Numbered from the whole stretch's first letter, positions 1 through 13,107 are shown. The stretch: DNA of 63,767 nucleotides, filler included, from Octopus bimaculoides (GCF_001194135.2; 4 parts of 4 records of this genome joined end to end with filler, not necessarily neighbours in it), one strand, 5' to 3'. The notes: generated by a model from the sequence alone, not told the origin. Numbers and translations are program-made.

Positions 1-2
1 CA

Positions 3-1059
<1,057 letters not shown>

Positions 1060-1101
1060 CATACATACATACATACATACATACATACATACATACATAC
1101 A

Positions 1102-1131
<30 letters not shown>
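1060..1131. repeat. (CATA)n microsatellite at the 5' truncation point of the RTE copy
   Basis: Perfect array, same orientation as 45-103. Confidence 0.95.
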
Positions 1132-1132
<1 letters not shown>

Positions 1133-1566
1133 TTTGCGGCCAACTCAGGTTACGGAACTTGCCCCAATTTTTGGTTACGGTCTGTAATTTCACTCTCAAT
1201 GATTGAAACCTTCATAGGTTTTAAGCACCCATGTGTTCCCTATTACGTAGAAAACACCAGTCACGGCCGGAAAGGCGCAATCTAGTGTTGGTCGTCTGTT
1301 ACAAGGCACCACTGCTAGTGGCTAACTTCTTTTGCTCCGTATAATAAACAAATGTTAGTGTTGAGTTGTTAATTATGAAGGTTCTCATTATTGAAATCTC
1401 TATTATTTTCCATTGTCCATCATCCTCCGGGCCATACAACTGAGCGCGTCAAGTAGTGAAAGGGTCGCAGTTAAACACTTGTCTTTGGAGACGTTAACTG
1501 CCAACCACTTAGCTGACTGTTACATCTTTTACGCTCAAACATCGACCTAGGCGGAAGCAATTACTA

Positions 1567-1850
1567 TTGGCAACGCCACCGCCGGCAAACACAGCAACCG
1601 CCACCACGAACACCACACTACCATCACTACAACGACGACAACACCACGGCAACCACCACCATCCCTGCAACCACTATACTCATCACTACTGCCACCACCA
1701 ACACAATCACAACGACAACCACTGCCAGTACAACCACCACCACCGCAAACACAAACGCAACCACCTCCAATATCACCACTATCACACTCACTTTCACCAC
1801 CAGCACCATTACCACAAACATCGCCGGTATCAACACAAACACCAACACTA
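1567..1850. repeat. Degenerate (CAC/CAA)n low-complexity tract
   Basis: Trinucleotide-periodic C/A-rich sequence; the His/Thr-rich ORFs over it are compositional artefacts. Confidence 0.85.
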
Positions 1851-2053
1851 GTGTCAATACCAGGACCGGTTTCTGGTGTTTCAGTTATACACATACGTTA
1901 AATATGATGTATTGATAATGATTTTTTTTTTTTATCATCAAGTTACTTCTCGCAAAATTCGTCGATTGTTTACTCTGTACGTCTACTCTATCGTTTATTG
2001 GTTCGAAGCTCTAACTCTCTTATTAAAGTCTCTCTATATTGTCGCTAAAAGCA

Positions 2054-2169
2054 GGTGCAGGAGTGGTTGTGTAGTAAGTAGCTTGCTTATCAACCACATG
2101 GTTCCGAGTTCAGCAGTCTCACTGCGTGGCACTTTGGGCAAGTGTCTTCTACTATAGCCTCAGACCGAC
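2054..2169 (+). mobile_element. SINE family A, 5' module (tRNA-like head plus CORE-like domain), cut by a gap
   Basis: GGTGCAGGAGTGGTTGTGTAGTAAG..GGTTCCGAGTTCAG..GCACTTTGGGCAAGTGTCTT; homologous copies at 13390-13542 and 40250-40408. Confidence 0.85.
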
Positions 2170-3275
2170 NNNNNNNNNNNNNNNNNNNNNNNNNNNNNNN
2201 NNNNNNNNNNNNNNNNNNNNNNNNNNNNNNNNNNNNNNNNNNNNNNNNNNNNNNNNNNNNNNNNNNNNNAAGTCTCAGAACAGTCTGCTTGAGTATCAAT
2301 AATTTTCCTGGAATTGACACGTAGCATGATAAAGCACCTGACTTGTCTTCCAGAGCGTAACGATCTTAAAGCATGGTCATATAATGTAACTAAATGTGTT
2401 CTCTTAATTAAATCATTTCAAATTGATTCAGCTCAACCAATAGGTATAGGGGCTAATGCAGAATCGCACCCCTTTGAAAAACGAATTTTGTGAAAAAAAA
2501 TTTTCGGGTTCCTACCTTTAACAGAGATTCCGAATATGCAAAAATATTAACAGAATCCAATTTCATCTCTATTACATTTCACTTATGATTTTTAGACTTT
2601 TTAAGGGAGAGTGAGGAGAGGAATGTACTGACGTTTCGAAGAGAAAGAAAAATACAAACAATACACTTATTTCAGGCTCATCTCTACAGAGCCATTTTTA
2701 TNNNNNNNNNNNNNNNNNNNNNNNNNNNNNNNNNNNNNNNNNNNNNNNNNNNNNNNNNNNNNNNNNNNNNNNNNNNNNNNNNNNNNNNNNNNNNNNNNNN
2801 NNNNNNNNNNNNNNNNNNNNNNNNNNNNNNNNNNNNNNNNNNNNNNNNNNNNNNNNNNNNNNNNNNNNNNNNNNNNNNNNNNNNNNNNNNNNNNNNNNNN
2901 NNNNNNNNNNNNNNNNNNNNNNNNNNNNNNNNNNNNNNNNNNNNNNNNNNNNNNNNNNNNNNNNNNNNNNNNNNNNNNNNNNNNNNNNNNNNNNNNNNNN
3001 NNNNNNNNNNNNNNNNNNNNNNNNNNNNNNNNNNNNNNNNNNNNNNNNNNNNNNNNNNNNNNNNNNNNNNNNNNNNNNNNNNNNNNNNNNNNNNNNNNNN
3101 NNNNNNNNNNNNNNNNNNNNNNNNNNNNNNNNNNNNNNNNNNNNNNNNNNNNNNNNNNNNNNNNNNNNNNNNNNNNNNNNNNNNNNNNNNNNNNNNNNNN
3201 NNNNNNNNTATATATATAACTTTATTTTCATAAATCCACTTCTAGAGTGTTAAACCCAGAGGTCTGAAATTTTCT

Positions 3276-3338
3276 ACTCAAGGCCCGAAATTTTGGGGGA
3301 GGGGACCAGTCGATTTGATCTACCCCAGTACGCAACTG
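3276..3338 (-). mobile_element. SINE family B, 3' fragment
   Basis: CAAGGCCCGAAATTTTGGGGGAGGGGACCAGTCGATT..CCCCAGTACGCAACTG matches the copies at 41795-41992 and 50118-50322. Confidence 0.8.
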
Positions 3339-3344
3339 TCTCCT

Positions 3345-4620
3345 CTTATAAACCTTACCATAAGCCTAACTTTCTCTCATAAGAAAAATTTGCCCTATAT
3401 ACACCCTCTTGTCACCTACCTGTAATATTTAAAAACCTGATAGCTAACATTAATAACAGTTTCTCACGTCTTTTCATCTAAAGAAATTCTTGAGATACTC
3501 CCAGTTGTAACTGTCGAGACCCAGGAACCTGTCCATTCGACCGGTGATATTTCTTTAGATGAAAAGAGGTGAGAAATTGTTCTTTCCTACTATAATAATG
3601 CCCTATCCAATGGTGGCTTTAAAGATAAATTATTATATAACCCCTCTAATATTAATCGGAATAATAATGGTAGACCTAAAAATAGACCAACGGAAACTAT
3701 TTGGTTCGCCCTTCCCTTTCCCCTTAACGTAAAATCTAAGATGAGTAAACGATTCCTGTCTCTCCTAGACAAACATTTTCCAGAAAATCACAGGTACAGG
3801 AAAATATTTAACCGGCGACCTGTGAAATTATCATATAGCTGCTGCCCCAACATAAAGAGTATCATTACACGCGACAAACACCAAGAACCTACTCCCAGTT
3901 GTAACTGTCGAGACCCAGGAACCTGTCCATTCGACCGGTGATATATGATTAAATCCGCCGTATATGAGGCAGAAGTTATAACAACGCTAGATAACACAAC
4001 TAAGAAGTGTTATATCGGACTATGTGAAGATGAATTCAATGATCGATATACAAATCACATATCTTCTTTTCGATACAGAGACAAAAGCAAAGCTAGCCAC
4101 GCACGGAATTTGAAATCGAACGCAACACCACATATGATATTTTAACAAATCAAAAAATACAAGTTATGCGTAGCAGAAAGAACTCAGATCCTTTTCAGAT
4201 CTAAGAACTCTATCTCACTGCTTGAATCTAGATCCGAAATTTTCAGCGGTTGTAAGCATATACCTAAGTTCCGTTGAAGAATTGGGAAGTGTCTTCCTTG
4301 CCGGATTGATAACTGCACCATAAGCTCTAAGCCACGATCTTTTCCAGCTTTATAATTTACGGTCTAATGGAAATAACTCTTATTCTCCAGCCTTTTATTT
4401 TTCTTTCTGATTACATTTTTGTCTTCCGGTTATTCAACCCTTCACTTTTTATATAGGCTTTCTTCTCGCCTTTCCTCGCTTTTTTCTCTCCTTCTATTTT
4501 TAATTCGTTATGCCATGTTGGCAGTGTCTGATAATTGTGCTGTGACACCAGGCTTGTTATAAAACAATGTATGGCCTGTTCACAGCACATGAAACTAATA
4601 GTAGCACATAAAAATATATA
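3345..4620 (+). mobile_element. Decayed Penelope-like element (Naiad-type): RT end, Cys linker, GIY-YIG endonuclease, 3' UTR with HHR
   Basis: Reads YKPYHKPN..; YNNALSNGGF..IWFALPFPLNVKSKMSKRFLSLLDKHFP..KIFNR..VKLSYSCCPNIKSII..CNCRDPGTCP; VYEA..YIGLCE..F..RY.NH.SSF; LCVAE..LL.SRSEI..GCKH. These motifs match PLE GIY-YIG architecture. Stops and frameshifts are present. Confidence 0.85.
4524..4607 (+). ncRNA. Type-I hammerhead ribozyme motif with long stem II; core variant CUGAUAA
   Basis: Stem I GUGU/GCAC; CUGAUAA 4528-4534; stem II UGUGCUGUGA/UCACAGCACA plus CAGGC/GCCUG; GAAA 4591; stem III ACUA/UAGU; GUA site 4601-4603. Confidence 0.7.
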
Positions 4621-4634
4621 CCGTGTTTACATAC

Positions 4635-4637
<3 letters not shown>

Positions 4638-4698
<61 letters not shown>
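4638..4698. repeat. (AT)n microsatellite
   Basis: Read directly. Confidence 0.95.
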
Positions 4699-4703
<5 letters not shown>

Positions 4704-5439
4704 TAAAGATGTATCATTACTGTTATTAATGGTATTAAAGGAATAATAAGGTGGCCAGCAAGTTCACACGTTACAGGCACAATCTAAGGCATACACAGGA
4801 TGAAATCAATTGGTATTGAAATATACATTACTTACTGATGTATTCAACGCATGGGTAAGCCTATTTTTAATATGTTCATTGCATTACTCGTGTGCATCTT
4901 TATTGTGAGTTTATGGTGCTTTGGTAGCGTTAGCTCCTCTTTCTAGCAAGTGGTATTCTGATATCCTATTTTATTTATTTGTGTATAAATATATAAAGAA
5001 AGAGAGATTGGGGAGAGAGAGAGAAACGATTGAGGTCTTACACAAGCAAATTTATGGTAAAAATGAAGAGAAATGCAGAGAATTTTATCACGCACAAAAG
5101 AAAGAAAATATTTATATTCTTATCAGAATATACGACCGGTTTCAATCGGTTTAAAGATGATTTAGTCATGCTATAAGAGAAGAAGAAATAAAATGAAAAT
5201 AAAATTAATTAATCTTTCACGATATCATTTCTGGAAGTTCACATGATTTTCTTCGAAGATTCACCTACTATTACATCGGCTGTAGACGGGTGTTAGCAAA
5301 ATATCTAGTTGTTTACTTATATTTTAATTTCAAATCCTGTCAAGTTCTTCTTTGGTGTCGATAAAAGGAAATACCGCTCAAAGACCAGTCTAATTGTCCC
5401 ACCCATTATATATTTATTTGCACCTCTATTAAAACCAAC

Positions 5440-6370
5440 TATTATTGTCGATAGGATCAACCATTGTTACTAGACGGTTACCCTCAAAGCAGCTGATTTC
5501 CGTACCAACTTCAGACTTTGGTGTGTTTTCAATGCACAGCGGGTCCTGCTCTGTAATCAGAGCAAAAATCGTATACCATTTTATATTATTCGATACCATT
5601 TGATGCCATTTGCTTGATTCGTCAAGAGTATCCATTTGATATCATTTGCTTGATTTGTCAAGAGTATGCTCTCTCCCCCCTTCTATGTATAATGACTCTG
5701 AAGACACAACTGCAGAATCTGGAGTTGTTGAAGCGCATCCCGTTCGAATTAGGGTACTGAAGAACCGTGTCTATATATGCGGAAGATGCCACCGTAATGG
5801 TATCGGACACCACGAAAATCAAAGTGGTTTTCACCATTCTAAACGAATACCAGACAGGAGCAAAGCAAAACTTAATCAGAAAAAGCGGTAAGCCTGCACT
5901 TGGAGAGATAAGTCCATACCGAAAAGTAGTGCTGTGTAAGGGGGTAGGGGACCCTGGACGTATGGTCTTGTTAAATTGATTGGTATTTGGTTAGGTCCGG
6001 ACAAATACGTGAACATGAGCTGGAACAACGTTACGAGGAAGGTGGGCTGTGAGAAACCCAACCTTTCTTTGAAAGGTCGGAAAGATGCAGTTAATGGAAA
6101 TGTTCTCTTAGTTTTCTCTTGACCAGTTGGAAGCTTTTTCTTTTTTGCCTTTTGTGGGAGAGGCATGTTCTGCAAGTCAGAAGATTCGTCCTCTATACTG
6201 AAAGCTCTGCAAGTTGTATCTAACGATGTGCACACATGAGTTAAGAGAATGACATCTGCAGAAATTTCTAGACGTTAAGTTGATGTAATCAATCATAGTC
6301 AGACACGATTTCCTCAACACCTCTCTTTTACAGAGGCGCAGACCTAGTTCAAGCATAAATCCCAATAGGG
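5440..6370 (+). mobile_element. Decayed Tx1/L1-like LINE RT fragment
   Basis: DRINHCY..KAADF..NFRLW (FDRVDH-like); RQEY..LSP (RQGCPLSP-like); VSIYAEDATV..TGAK.N..KS (YADD motif); VKLIGIWLGP. Many stops. Confidence 0.65.
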
Positions 6371-6676
6371 TACCCGCTATCTTGAATGTTGTCAGGTACT
6401 CCATATCTCTACCTATTTTTTTAAACGTGTTCTACTTTCTGACTTCATATAATTTTTCTTTGTCCCCTCCTTACATTCTTTTCACGTGCTTTTTCTATCT
6501 AGCAATATATACAAGGAAAGAAAGAAAGAAAGAAAGAAAGAAAGAGTGTGGAGAGAGATAGACTGGTAAAGATAATTACAGAGGGAGGAAAAGAGAGTTT
6601 ATGCTAGGCGAGGCACTTCGTTCGATAGCGTGTTTAGTTAGTGATTTCTATCAGTCGGTGGTGGCCACCAGTCAAT

Positions 6677-6741
<65 letters not shown>
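6677..6741. repeat. (GAAA)n microsatellite; a shorter array lies at about 6516-6543
   Basis: Read directly. Confidence 0.95.
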
Positions 6742-6742
<1 letters not shown>

Positions 6743-6808
6743 CGTCTGTGCTCTCTCATTTTCCCTGTGAATTCTCTTGATATTAATGACAGCACATTTC
6801 AGCCCTGA

Positions 6809-6855
6809 CCGGAAATCTCGTTGCCGGAAATCTCGCTGCCGGAAGTCTCGTTGCC
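6809..6855. repeat. Three tandem copies of a 15-bp unit CCGGAA(A/G)TCTCG(T/C)TG
   Basis: Units start at 6809, 6824 and 6839. Confidence 0.9.
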
Positions 6856-7289
6856 AAAGCTTATATCAACGAAAAGAACGACAATATCCGTTTGAACATT
6901 AGACGCTCGATGTGATTCAGCGACTTAAAAGTTTGTATTGGTCGGGCGAACATAACCAATCTGACATTCGTGAAATCTGCTTCTAGATACTACGAGAAAA
7001 TCTCTTATTAAATTTGGCCAACGAAACAATTACACGCACAAGGATATTGGACTTGCTCTCAATTGAAAAACTTTCTTCAGAAATAACCGTTTTTTCTTTG
7101 TATTTCTTTTAGTTTCCATTTTTTATTAGGTGCGGGTTCTTGTATTTATTTAATTTCTTATTTTGACACATTTTGTTTCATTTTACATTTTACATTTTTA
7201 TTAGTGGAGTGGGTTCACTTTCTACCTATAGAAAAAGTCAAGTTGTTCACACTAAAAAGGTCATATGATTTTCGTACCTTCCAGAAATT

Positions 7290-7342
<53 letters not shown>

Positions 7343-7357
7343 CTCTCTCTCTCCCTC

Positions 7358-7400
<43 letters not shown>

Positions 7401-7538
7401 ATCTTTCTCTCTCGCTCTTTTTCTGCATATTTTTGTCTGCCTGCTTTAGTTATTTTTTACACGTTCTATGTCTTTCTCACTCTCGCTCTCTCCTACACTC
7501 GTGCTCTCTATCTCGTTCTCTATCTCTCTCACACACAC

Positions 7539-7573
<35 letters not shown>

Positions 7574-7892
7574 GTCTCGCTCTCTCTTTCTCTATATATT
7601 TCTGTCTGCCTGCTTTACACGGTCTCTCTCTCTATCTATCTATCTATTTCCCTCTCTCTCTCTCTCTCTCCCTCTCTCTCTTTCTCTCTGTCTCGCTCTC
7701 TCTTTCTCTATATATTTCTNNNNNNNNNNCTCTCTGTCTCGCTCTCTCTTTCTCTATATATTTCTGTCTGCCTGCTTTACACGGTCTCTCTCTCTATCTA
7801 TCTATCTCTCTCCCTCTCTCTCTCTCCCTCTCTCTCCCTCTCTCTCTCTCTCTCTTTCTCTCTCTCTATTTCTCTCTCTCTCTCTCTCTCTC
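7290..7892. repeat. Compound (CT)n/(CTAT)n pyrimidine tract
   Basis: Read directly; spans a 10-N gap. Confidence 0.95.
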
Positions 7893-7920
7893 TGCTGCTG
7901 CTGCTATTTATGCTTGTTCG

Positions 7921-8035
7921 GTTTGGACATGTGGTTAAGAAAATTGATTCACATATGTGTGATTCTGGGTTCGATTCCGTTGCGTACCACTTTGTGCAAG
8001 CGTCTTGTACCACAGCCTTGCATCGATAATTTCTT
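7921..8035 (+). mobile_element. Degenerate SINE family A 5' module
   Basis: GTGGTTAAGAAA..GGGTTCGATTCC (B-box-like)..CACTTTGTGCAAGCGTCTT. Confidence 0.65.
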
Positions 8036-8056
8036 GTAAATGTAATATTTTTTGTA

Positions 8057-8215
8057 CTATAGACACAAGGCCTGGAACTATGGGGGAGCTAGTTGATATC
8101 ATCGATCACAATACTCAACTGATAGTTATTTTATCAACCCCGAAAGGATGAGTCATTTGAACTCAGAACGTAAAGACGGACGAAATGCCACCATAAGCAT
8201 TTTACACGGCGTGCC
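8057..8215 (-). mobile_element. Degenerate SINE family B
   Basis: CACAAGGCCTGGAA..CCCCGAAAGGATG..ATTTGAACTCAGAACGTAAAGAC..CGAAATGCC..AAGCATTT. Confidence 0.75.
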
Positions 8216-8386
8216 ACTAAGCATTTTACTCAGCATGTCACCTTTGTTGTGTATATATGATGTGAGAAACATTATTGTTCTTTAAACCCCTGCTTTTTTT
8301 TATGAGTGAACATAACTATGGTCGTAGGAATTCAAATAGTGCAATGCAATCATTACTGTATCCAGAACATTATCAAATGCATATTA

Positions 8387-8592
8387 GGCGGAGAACTGGC
8401 AGAATCATTATCACGCCGGGCGAAATGCTTAGTGACATTTCGCCCGTCTTTACGTTCTGAGTTCAAATTGCGCTGGAGTCCACTTTGCCTGTTATCCCTT
8501 TCGGAAATCAATAAAATAAGTACCAGCTGATCAGTGGAGTCAATGTAATCGACTTACTCTCTCCTCCGAACTTGCTGGCCTTGTGAAAAGAT
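8387..8592 (+). mobile_element. SINE family B, near full length
   Basis: GGCGGAGAACTGGCAGAA..CACGCCGGGCGAAATGCTTAG..GTTCTGAGTTCAAATT..AATAAGTACCAG..GGCCTTGTG. Confidence 0.85.
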
Positions 8593-8602
8593 GTGAAACC
8601 AA

Positions 8603-8808
8603 AGGCAACTAGCTGACAAAATCCTTTGCACGCCGGACAAAATGTTTAGCGGCATTTCGTCCGTCTTTATGTTTGAAGATCAAATTCTGCTAAGATCGAC
8701 TTACTCTTTCATCTGTTCGGGTCACTAAAAAAAGTACCAGCTGATCACTTGGCTCGATGTAATCCACTTAGCCCCTCCTCCAAAACAGCTGGCTCTGTGC
8801 CAAAATTT
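8603..8808 (+). mobile_element. SINE family B, second head-to-tail copy
   Basis: Same module order as 8387-8592 but more diverged. Confidence 0.8.
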
Positions 8809-9808
8809 GAAGCCCTAATCAAATGAATAGTCGTTAATTTAGACTTTGGCTATTACTTCTTGTATCATGGACTAATATCAAATTCCACTTGAATCAAACA
8901 GGATTCAAGTAGAATTTGGTAAACGGAAACTGCAGGAAGTCCATTTTCTTTTAAATTCTAGTCAAGGACTTGGGCGTGCAGATAACTTCCTCTCTTCTTT
9001 TTATCAGTTTCTAATTCTTGGAAAATGGCCATGAGCTTGACTTCTTTAACTATGCCCTAAAAGTAAGACAGAATGTCGTCCTTTATTCGTTTGTAAACAG
9101 AAAAACAAATAACTGTAAATATATTCTTTTATTCTTTTATATATTTCAACCCTAAGGCTATCGTCATGCTGAGGCACCGCCATATATATANNNNNNNNNN
9201 NNNNNNNNNNNNNNNNNNNNNNNNNNNNNNNNNNNNNNNNNNNNNNNNNNNNNNNNNNNNNNNNNNNNNNNNNNNNNNNNNNNNNNNNNNNNNNNNNNNN
9301 NNNNNNNNNNNNNNNNNNNNNNNNNNNNNNNNNNNNNNNNNNNNNNNNNNNNNNNNNNNNNNNNNNNNNNNNNNNNNNNNNNNNNNNNNNNNNNNNNNNN
9401 NNNNNNNNNNNNNNNNNNNNNNNNNNNNNNNNNNNNNNNNNNNNNNNNNNNNNNNNNNNNNNNNNNNNNNNNNNNNNNNNNNNNNNNNNNNNNNNNNNNN
9501 NNNNNNNNNNNNNNNNNNNNNNNNNNNNNNNNNNNNNNNNNNNNNNNNNNNNNNNNNNNNNNNNNNNNNNNNNNNNNNNNNNNNNNNNNNNNNNNNNNNN
9601 NNNNNNNNNNNNNNNNNNNNNNNNNNNNNNNNNNNNNNNNNNNNNNNNNNNNNNNNNNNNNNNNNNNNNNNNNNNNNNNNNNNNNNNNNNNNNNNNNNNN
9701 NNNNNNNNNNNNNNNNNNNNNNNNNNNNNNNNNNNNNNNNNNNNNNNNNNNNNNNNNNNNNNNNNNNNNNNNNNNNNNNNNNNNNNNNNNNNNNNNNNNN
9801 NNNNNNNN

Positions 9809-9840
<32 letters not shown>

Positions 9841-9860
9841 TGTACGTATGTAAGTATGTA

Positions 9861-10419
9861 TACGTGGCGTGATCAATAAGTATTCGGACTATTGCCATAG
9901 TAATGAAGCTAAAGTACGCAGAAGGAACCCGCTTAGCGCAGATTGACCTCAAATTATGCTGTGCATGCGCACTATGTTTCAACGTTATAGCTCACTTCCG
10001 CTGTTTACAGTAGTTCTTGGAAGGAACGTGTGTAGCGCGTGATCGTCGCATTGACATGATAGAGGAAGCTGAGCAGAGAATCTGCATCAAATTTTCCCAA
10101 AAGCTTAGCAATACCTGCTCAGAGGCCTACGCAAAGTTTTAAGAGAGTTTACATTGTTCTCGAGACAATCAGGGAGATCTTGTGCAAATGAAATCCGAGT
10201 GACATTTTGGTCATCTGAAAGCAGTTTTGGCACTAACTTGGCAGACACGCGTCTCATACCTAAATCTTCAGTGATAATGGACTGAACTGAACCGTAACTA
10301 ATCTGCACATCCTGTGATAACTCACGGATGGTGATTCGACGATTTTCCTCTCACAGCTGCACGCACATCTGCAAAGTTTTTTTTCAGTTCTGCTGGCTGC
10401 GGGTCTCCAAGAGCGTTCA
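9861..10419. mobile_element. Mariner-like DNA transposon remnant: 5' end and transposase N-terminus on +, downstream transposase segment inverted on -
   Basis: TA-CGTGGCGTGATCAATAAGTATTCGGACT is a mariner-TIR-like start. The + strand reads MIEEAEQRICIKFSQKLSNTCSEAYAK (10056-10136); the - strand reads RRITIRELSQDVQISYGSVQSIITEDLGMRRVSAKLVPKLL. Confidence 0.8.
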
Positions 10420-11138
10420 NNNNNNNNNNNNNNNNNNNNNNNNNNNNNNNNNNNNNNNNNNNNNNNNNNNNNNNNNNNNNNNNNNNNNNNNNNNNNNNNN
10501 NNNNNNNNNNNNNNNNNNNNNNNNNNNNNNNNNNNNNNNNNNNNNNNNNNNNNNNNNNNNNNNNNNNNNNNNNNNNNNNNNNNNNNNNNNNNNNNNNNNN
10601 NNNNNNNNNNNNNNNNNNNNNNNNNNNNNNNNNNNNNNNNNNNNNNNNNNNNNNNNNNNNNNNNNNNNNNNNNNNNNNNNNNNNNNNNNNNNNNNNNNNN
10701 NNNNNNNNNNNNNNNNNNNNNNNNNNNNNNNNNNNNNNNNNNNNNNNNNNNNNNNNNNNNNNNNNNNNNNNNNNNNNNNNNNNNNNNNNNNNNNNNNNNN
10801 NNNNNNNNNNNNNNNNNNNNNNNNNNNNNNNNNNNNNNNNNNNNNNNNNNNNNNNNNNNNNNNNNNNNNNNNNNNNNNNNNNNNNNNNNNNNNNNNNNNN
10901 NNNNNNNNNNNNNNNNNNNNNNNNNNNNNNNNNNNNNNNNNNNNNNNNNNNNNNNNNNNNNNNNNNNNNNNNNNNNNNNNNNNNNNNNNNNNNNNNNNNN
11001 NNNNNNNNNNNNNNNNNNNNNNNNNNNNNNNNNNNNNNNNNNNNNNNNNNNNNNNNNNNNNNNNNNNNNNNNNNNNNNNNNNNNNNNNNNNNNNNNNNNN
11101 NNNNNNNNNNNNNNNNNNNNNNNNNNNNNNNNNNNNNN

Positions 11139-11172
<34 letters not shown>

Positions 11173-11868
11173 TAATGAGGGTAGAAATTGATATTAATTC
11201 ATTAAAGTCAGTGGTTTAGCATATTTAAAAAGTCCGAAGATTAAAAATTATATTACATACAAATTATGAGGAATGACCACCAAAGTGGATTCCCAATATG
11301 CTAAAGATAGACGTCAAATTGCCTTACCACGAAGAGTGTATTTTCAAGAAAAATTTCAGCAAACGCCAGAATGTAAAAATGAGCAAGACAAATGAAAATA
11401 TAAGAAATAAAAAAAAACATTATCTACGGATCATGATTTCGTTTGTTAATATTTACGAATGTAAATATCTGCAAACTCTTCAGCGTAGTCTGTCGCTTAT
11501 AAAACACAGTTTCCAAAACTAGACACAGAACGCTCACCTGAAGGAGAGCATGTATAAAGTTCCGCAAATTGTATTTGGGGGTATCTTTCAAATGACTTCA
11601 TTTTGGCGTGCTGAGGCCGGAACTAGACACAGAAAGCTCATCCGACATGGTAAGGCGATTTGATGTCTATCTTTAGCATATTAGGAATCCTCTTTGGGGG
11701 AATTTCCTCTTAATTTGTACGTGTGTATATATATATATATATATATATAGACCCTGCTATGTCAAGATGGACTTATATATTCTTCCTCTGCTCTCTCCCA
11801 CTTGGTTTTAATATGTTGCCACATTTGTAATATGTCTTTTTTTCTACATTTTTTTCTACATTTTTTCG

Positions 11869-11957
11869 TGCAGCTGAAGATTGCTCTTCATATTGCATTT
11901 AAGGTAATGCTCACATTACTTAAATAAATTGAAGTAGCATGAAACGTGCGTACTGCA
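11869..11957 (+). ncRNA. Type-I hammerhead ribozyme with intact core and 60-nt stem II
   Basis: Stem I UGCAG/CUGCA; CUGAAGA 11874-11880; stem II UGCU/AGCA, UUCA/UGAA, UUUAA/UUAAA, GUAAUG/CAUUAC; GAAA 11941; stem III ACG/CGU; GUA 11950-11952. Confidence 0.85.
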
Positions 11958-12903
11958 ATCACTTTTGAAATCCGTGTTGNNNNNNNNNNNNNNNNNNNNN
12001 NNNNNNNNNNNNNNNNNNNNNNNNNNNNNNNNNNNNNNNNNNNNNNNNNNNNNNNNNNNNNNNNNNNNNNNNNNNNNNNNNNNNNNNNNNNNNNNNNNNN
12101 NNNNNNNNNNNNNNNNNNNNNNNNNNNNNNNNNNNNNNNNNNNNNNNNNNNNNNNNNNNNNNNNNNNNNNNNNNNNNNNNNNNNNNNNNNNNNNNNNNNN
12201 NNNNNNNNNNNNNNNNNNNNNNNNNNNNNNNNNNNNNNNNNNNNNNNNNNNNNNNNNNNNNNNNNNNNNNNNNNNNNNNNNNNNNNNNNNNNNNNNNNNN
12301 NNNNNNNNNNNNNNNNNNNNNNNNNNNNNNNNNNNNNNNNNNNNNNNNNNNNNNNNNNNNNNNNNNNNNNNNNNNNNNNNNNNNNNNNNNNNNNNNNNNN
12401 NNNNNNNNNNNNNNNNNNNNNNNNNNNNNNNNNNNNNNNNNNNNNNNNNNNNNNNNNNNNNNNNNNNNNNNNNNNNNNNNNNNNNNNNNNNNNNNNNNNN
12501 NNNNNNNNNNNNNNNNNNNNNNNNNNNNNNNNNNNNNNNNNNNNNNNNNNNNNNNNNNNNNNNNNNNNNNNNNNNNNNNNNNNNNNNNNNNNNNNNNNNN
12601 NNNNNNNNNNNNNNNNNNNNNNNNNNNNNNNNNNNNNNNNNNNNNNNNNNNNNNNNNNNNNNNNNNNNNNNNNNNNNNNNNNNNNNNNNNNNNNNNNNNN
12701 NNNNNNNNNNNNNNNNNNNNNNNNNNNNNNNNNNNNNNNNNNNNNNNNNNNNNNNNNNNNNNNNNNNNNNNNNNNNNNNNNNNNNNNNNNNNNNNNNNNN
12801 NNNNNNNNNNNNNNNNNNNNNNNNNNNNNNNNNNNNNNNNNNNNNNNNNNNNNNNNNNNNNNNNNNNNNNNNNNNNTGTGTGTGTGTGTATATGGATATA
12901 TAG

Positions 12904-12937
<34 letters not shown>

Positions 12938-12983
12938 ATGTATATATGGATATATATAGATATATATATATATGTGCGTGTAT

Positions 12984-13075
12984 GTGTGTGTGTATTTGTC
13001 TCCCCACCGTCGCTTGACAACCGATGTTGGGGTGTTTACGTCCCCGTAACATAGCGGTTCCGCAGTCAAATGATT
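12984..13075 (+). mobile_element. SINE family A 3' module with internal deletion
   Basis: TTTGTCTCCCCACCGTCGCTTGACAACCGATGTTGG..GCGGTTC joined directly to CGCAGTCAAATGA. Confidence 0.8.
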
Positions 13076-13107
13076 AAAAAAAGTAAAAAAGTAAGAGAGT
13101 AATAATT

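Noticed and set aside
3939-3941. In-frame TGA joining two PLE ORFs, considered as selenocysteine (reported for some Naiad PLEs)
   Set aside because: In C-P-F-D-R-TGA-Y the stop sits one codon before the conserved Cys position, which is TAT (a likely TGT mutation). No RUGA/GA SECIS core is visible in the 3' UTR hairpin, and the element has other lesions.
7560-7880. Near-identical ~80-150 bp duplication either side of the 10-N gap
   Set aside because: Typical unresolved contig-end overlap in low-complexity DNA.
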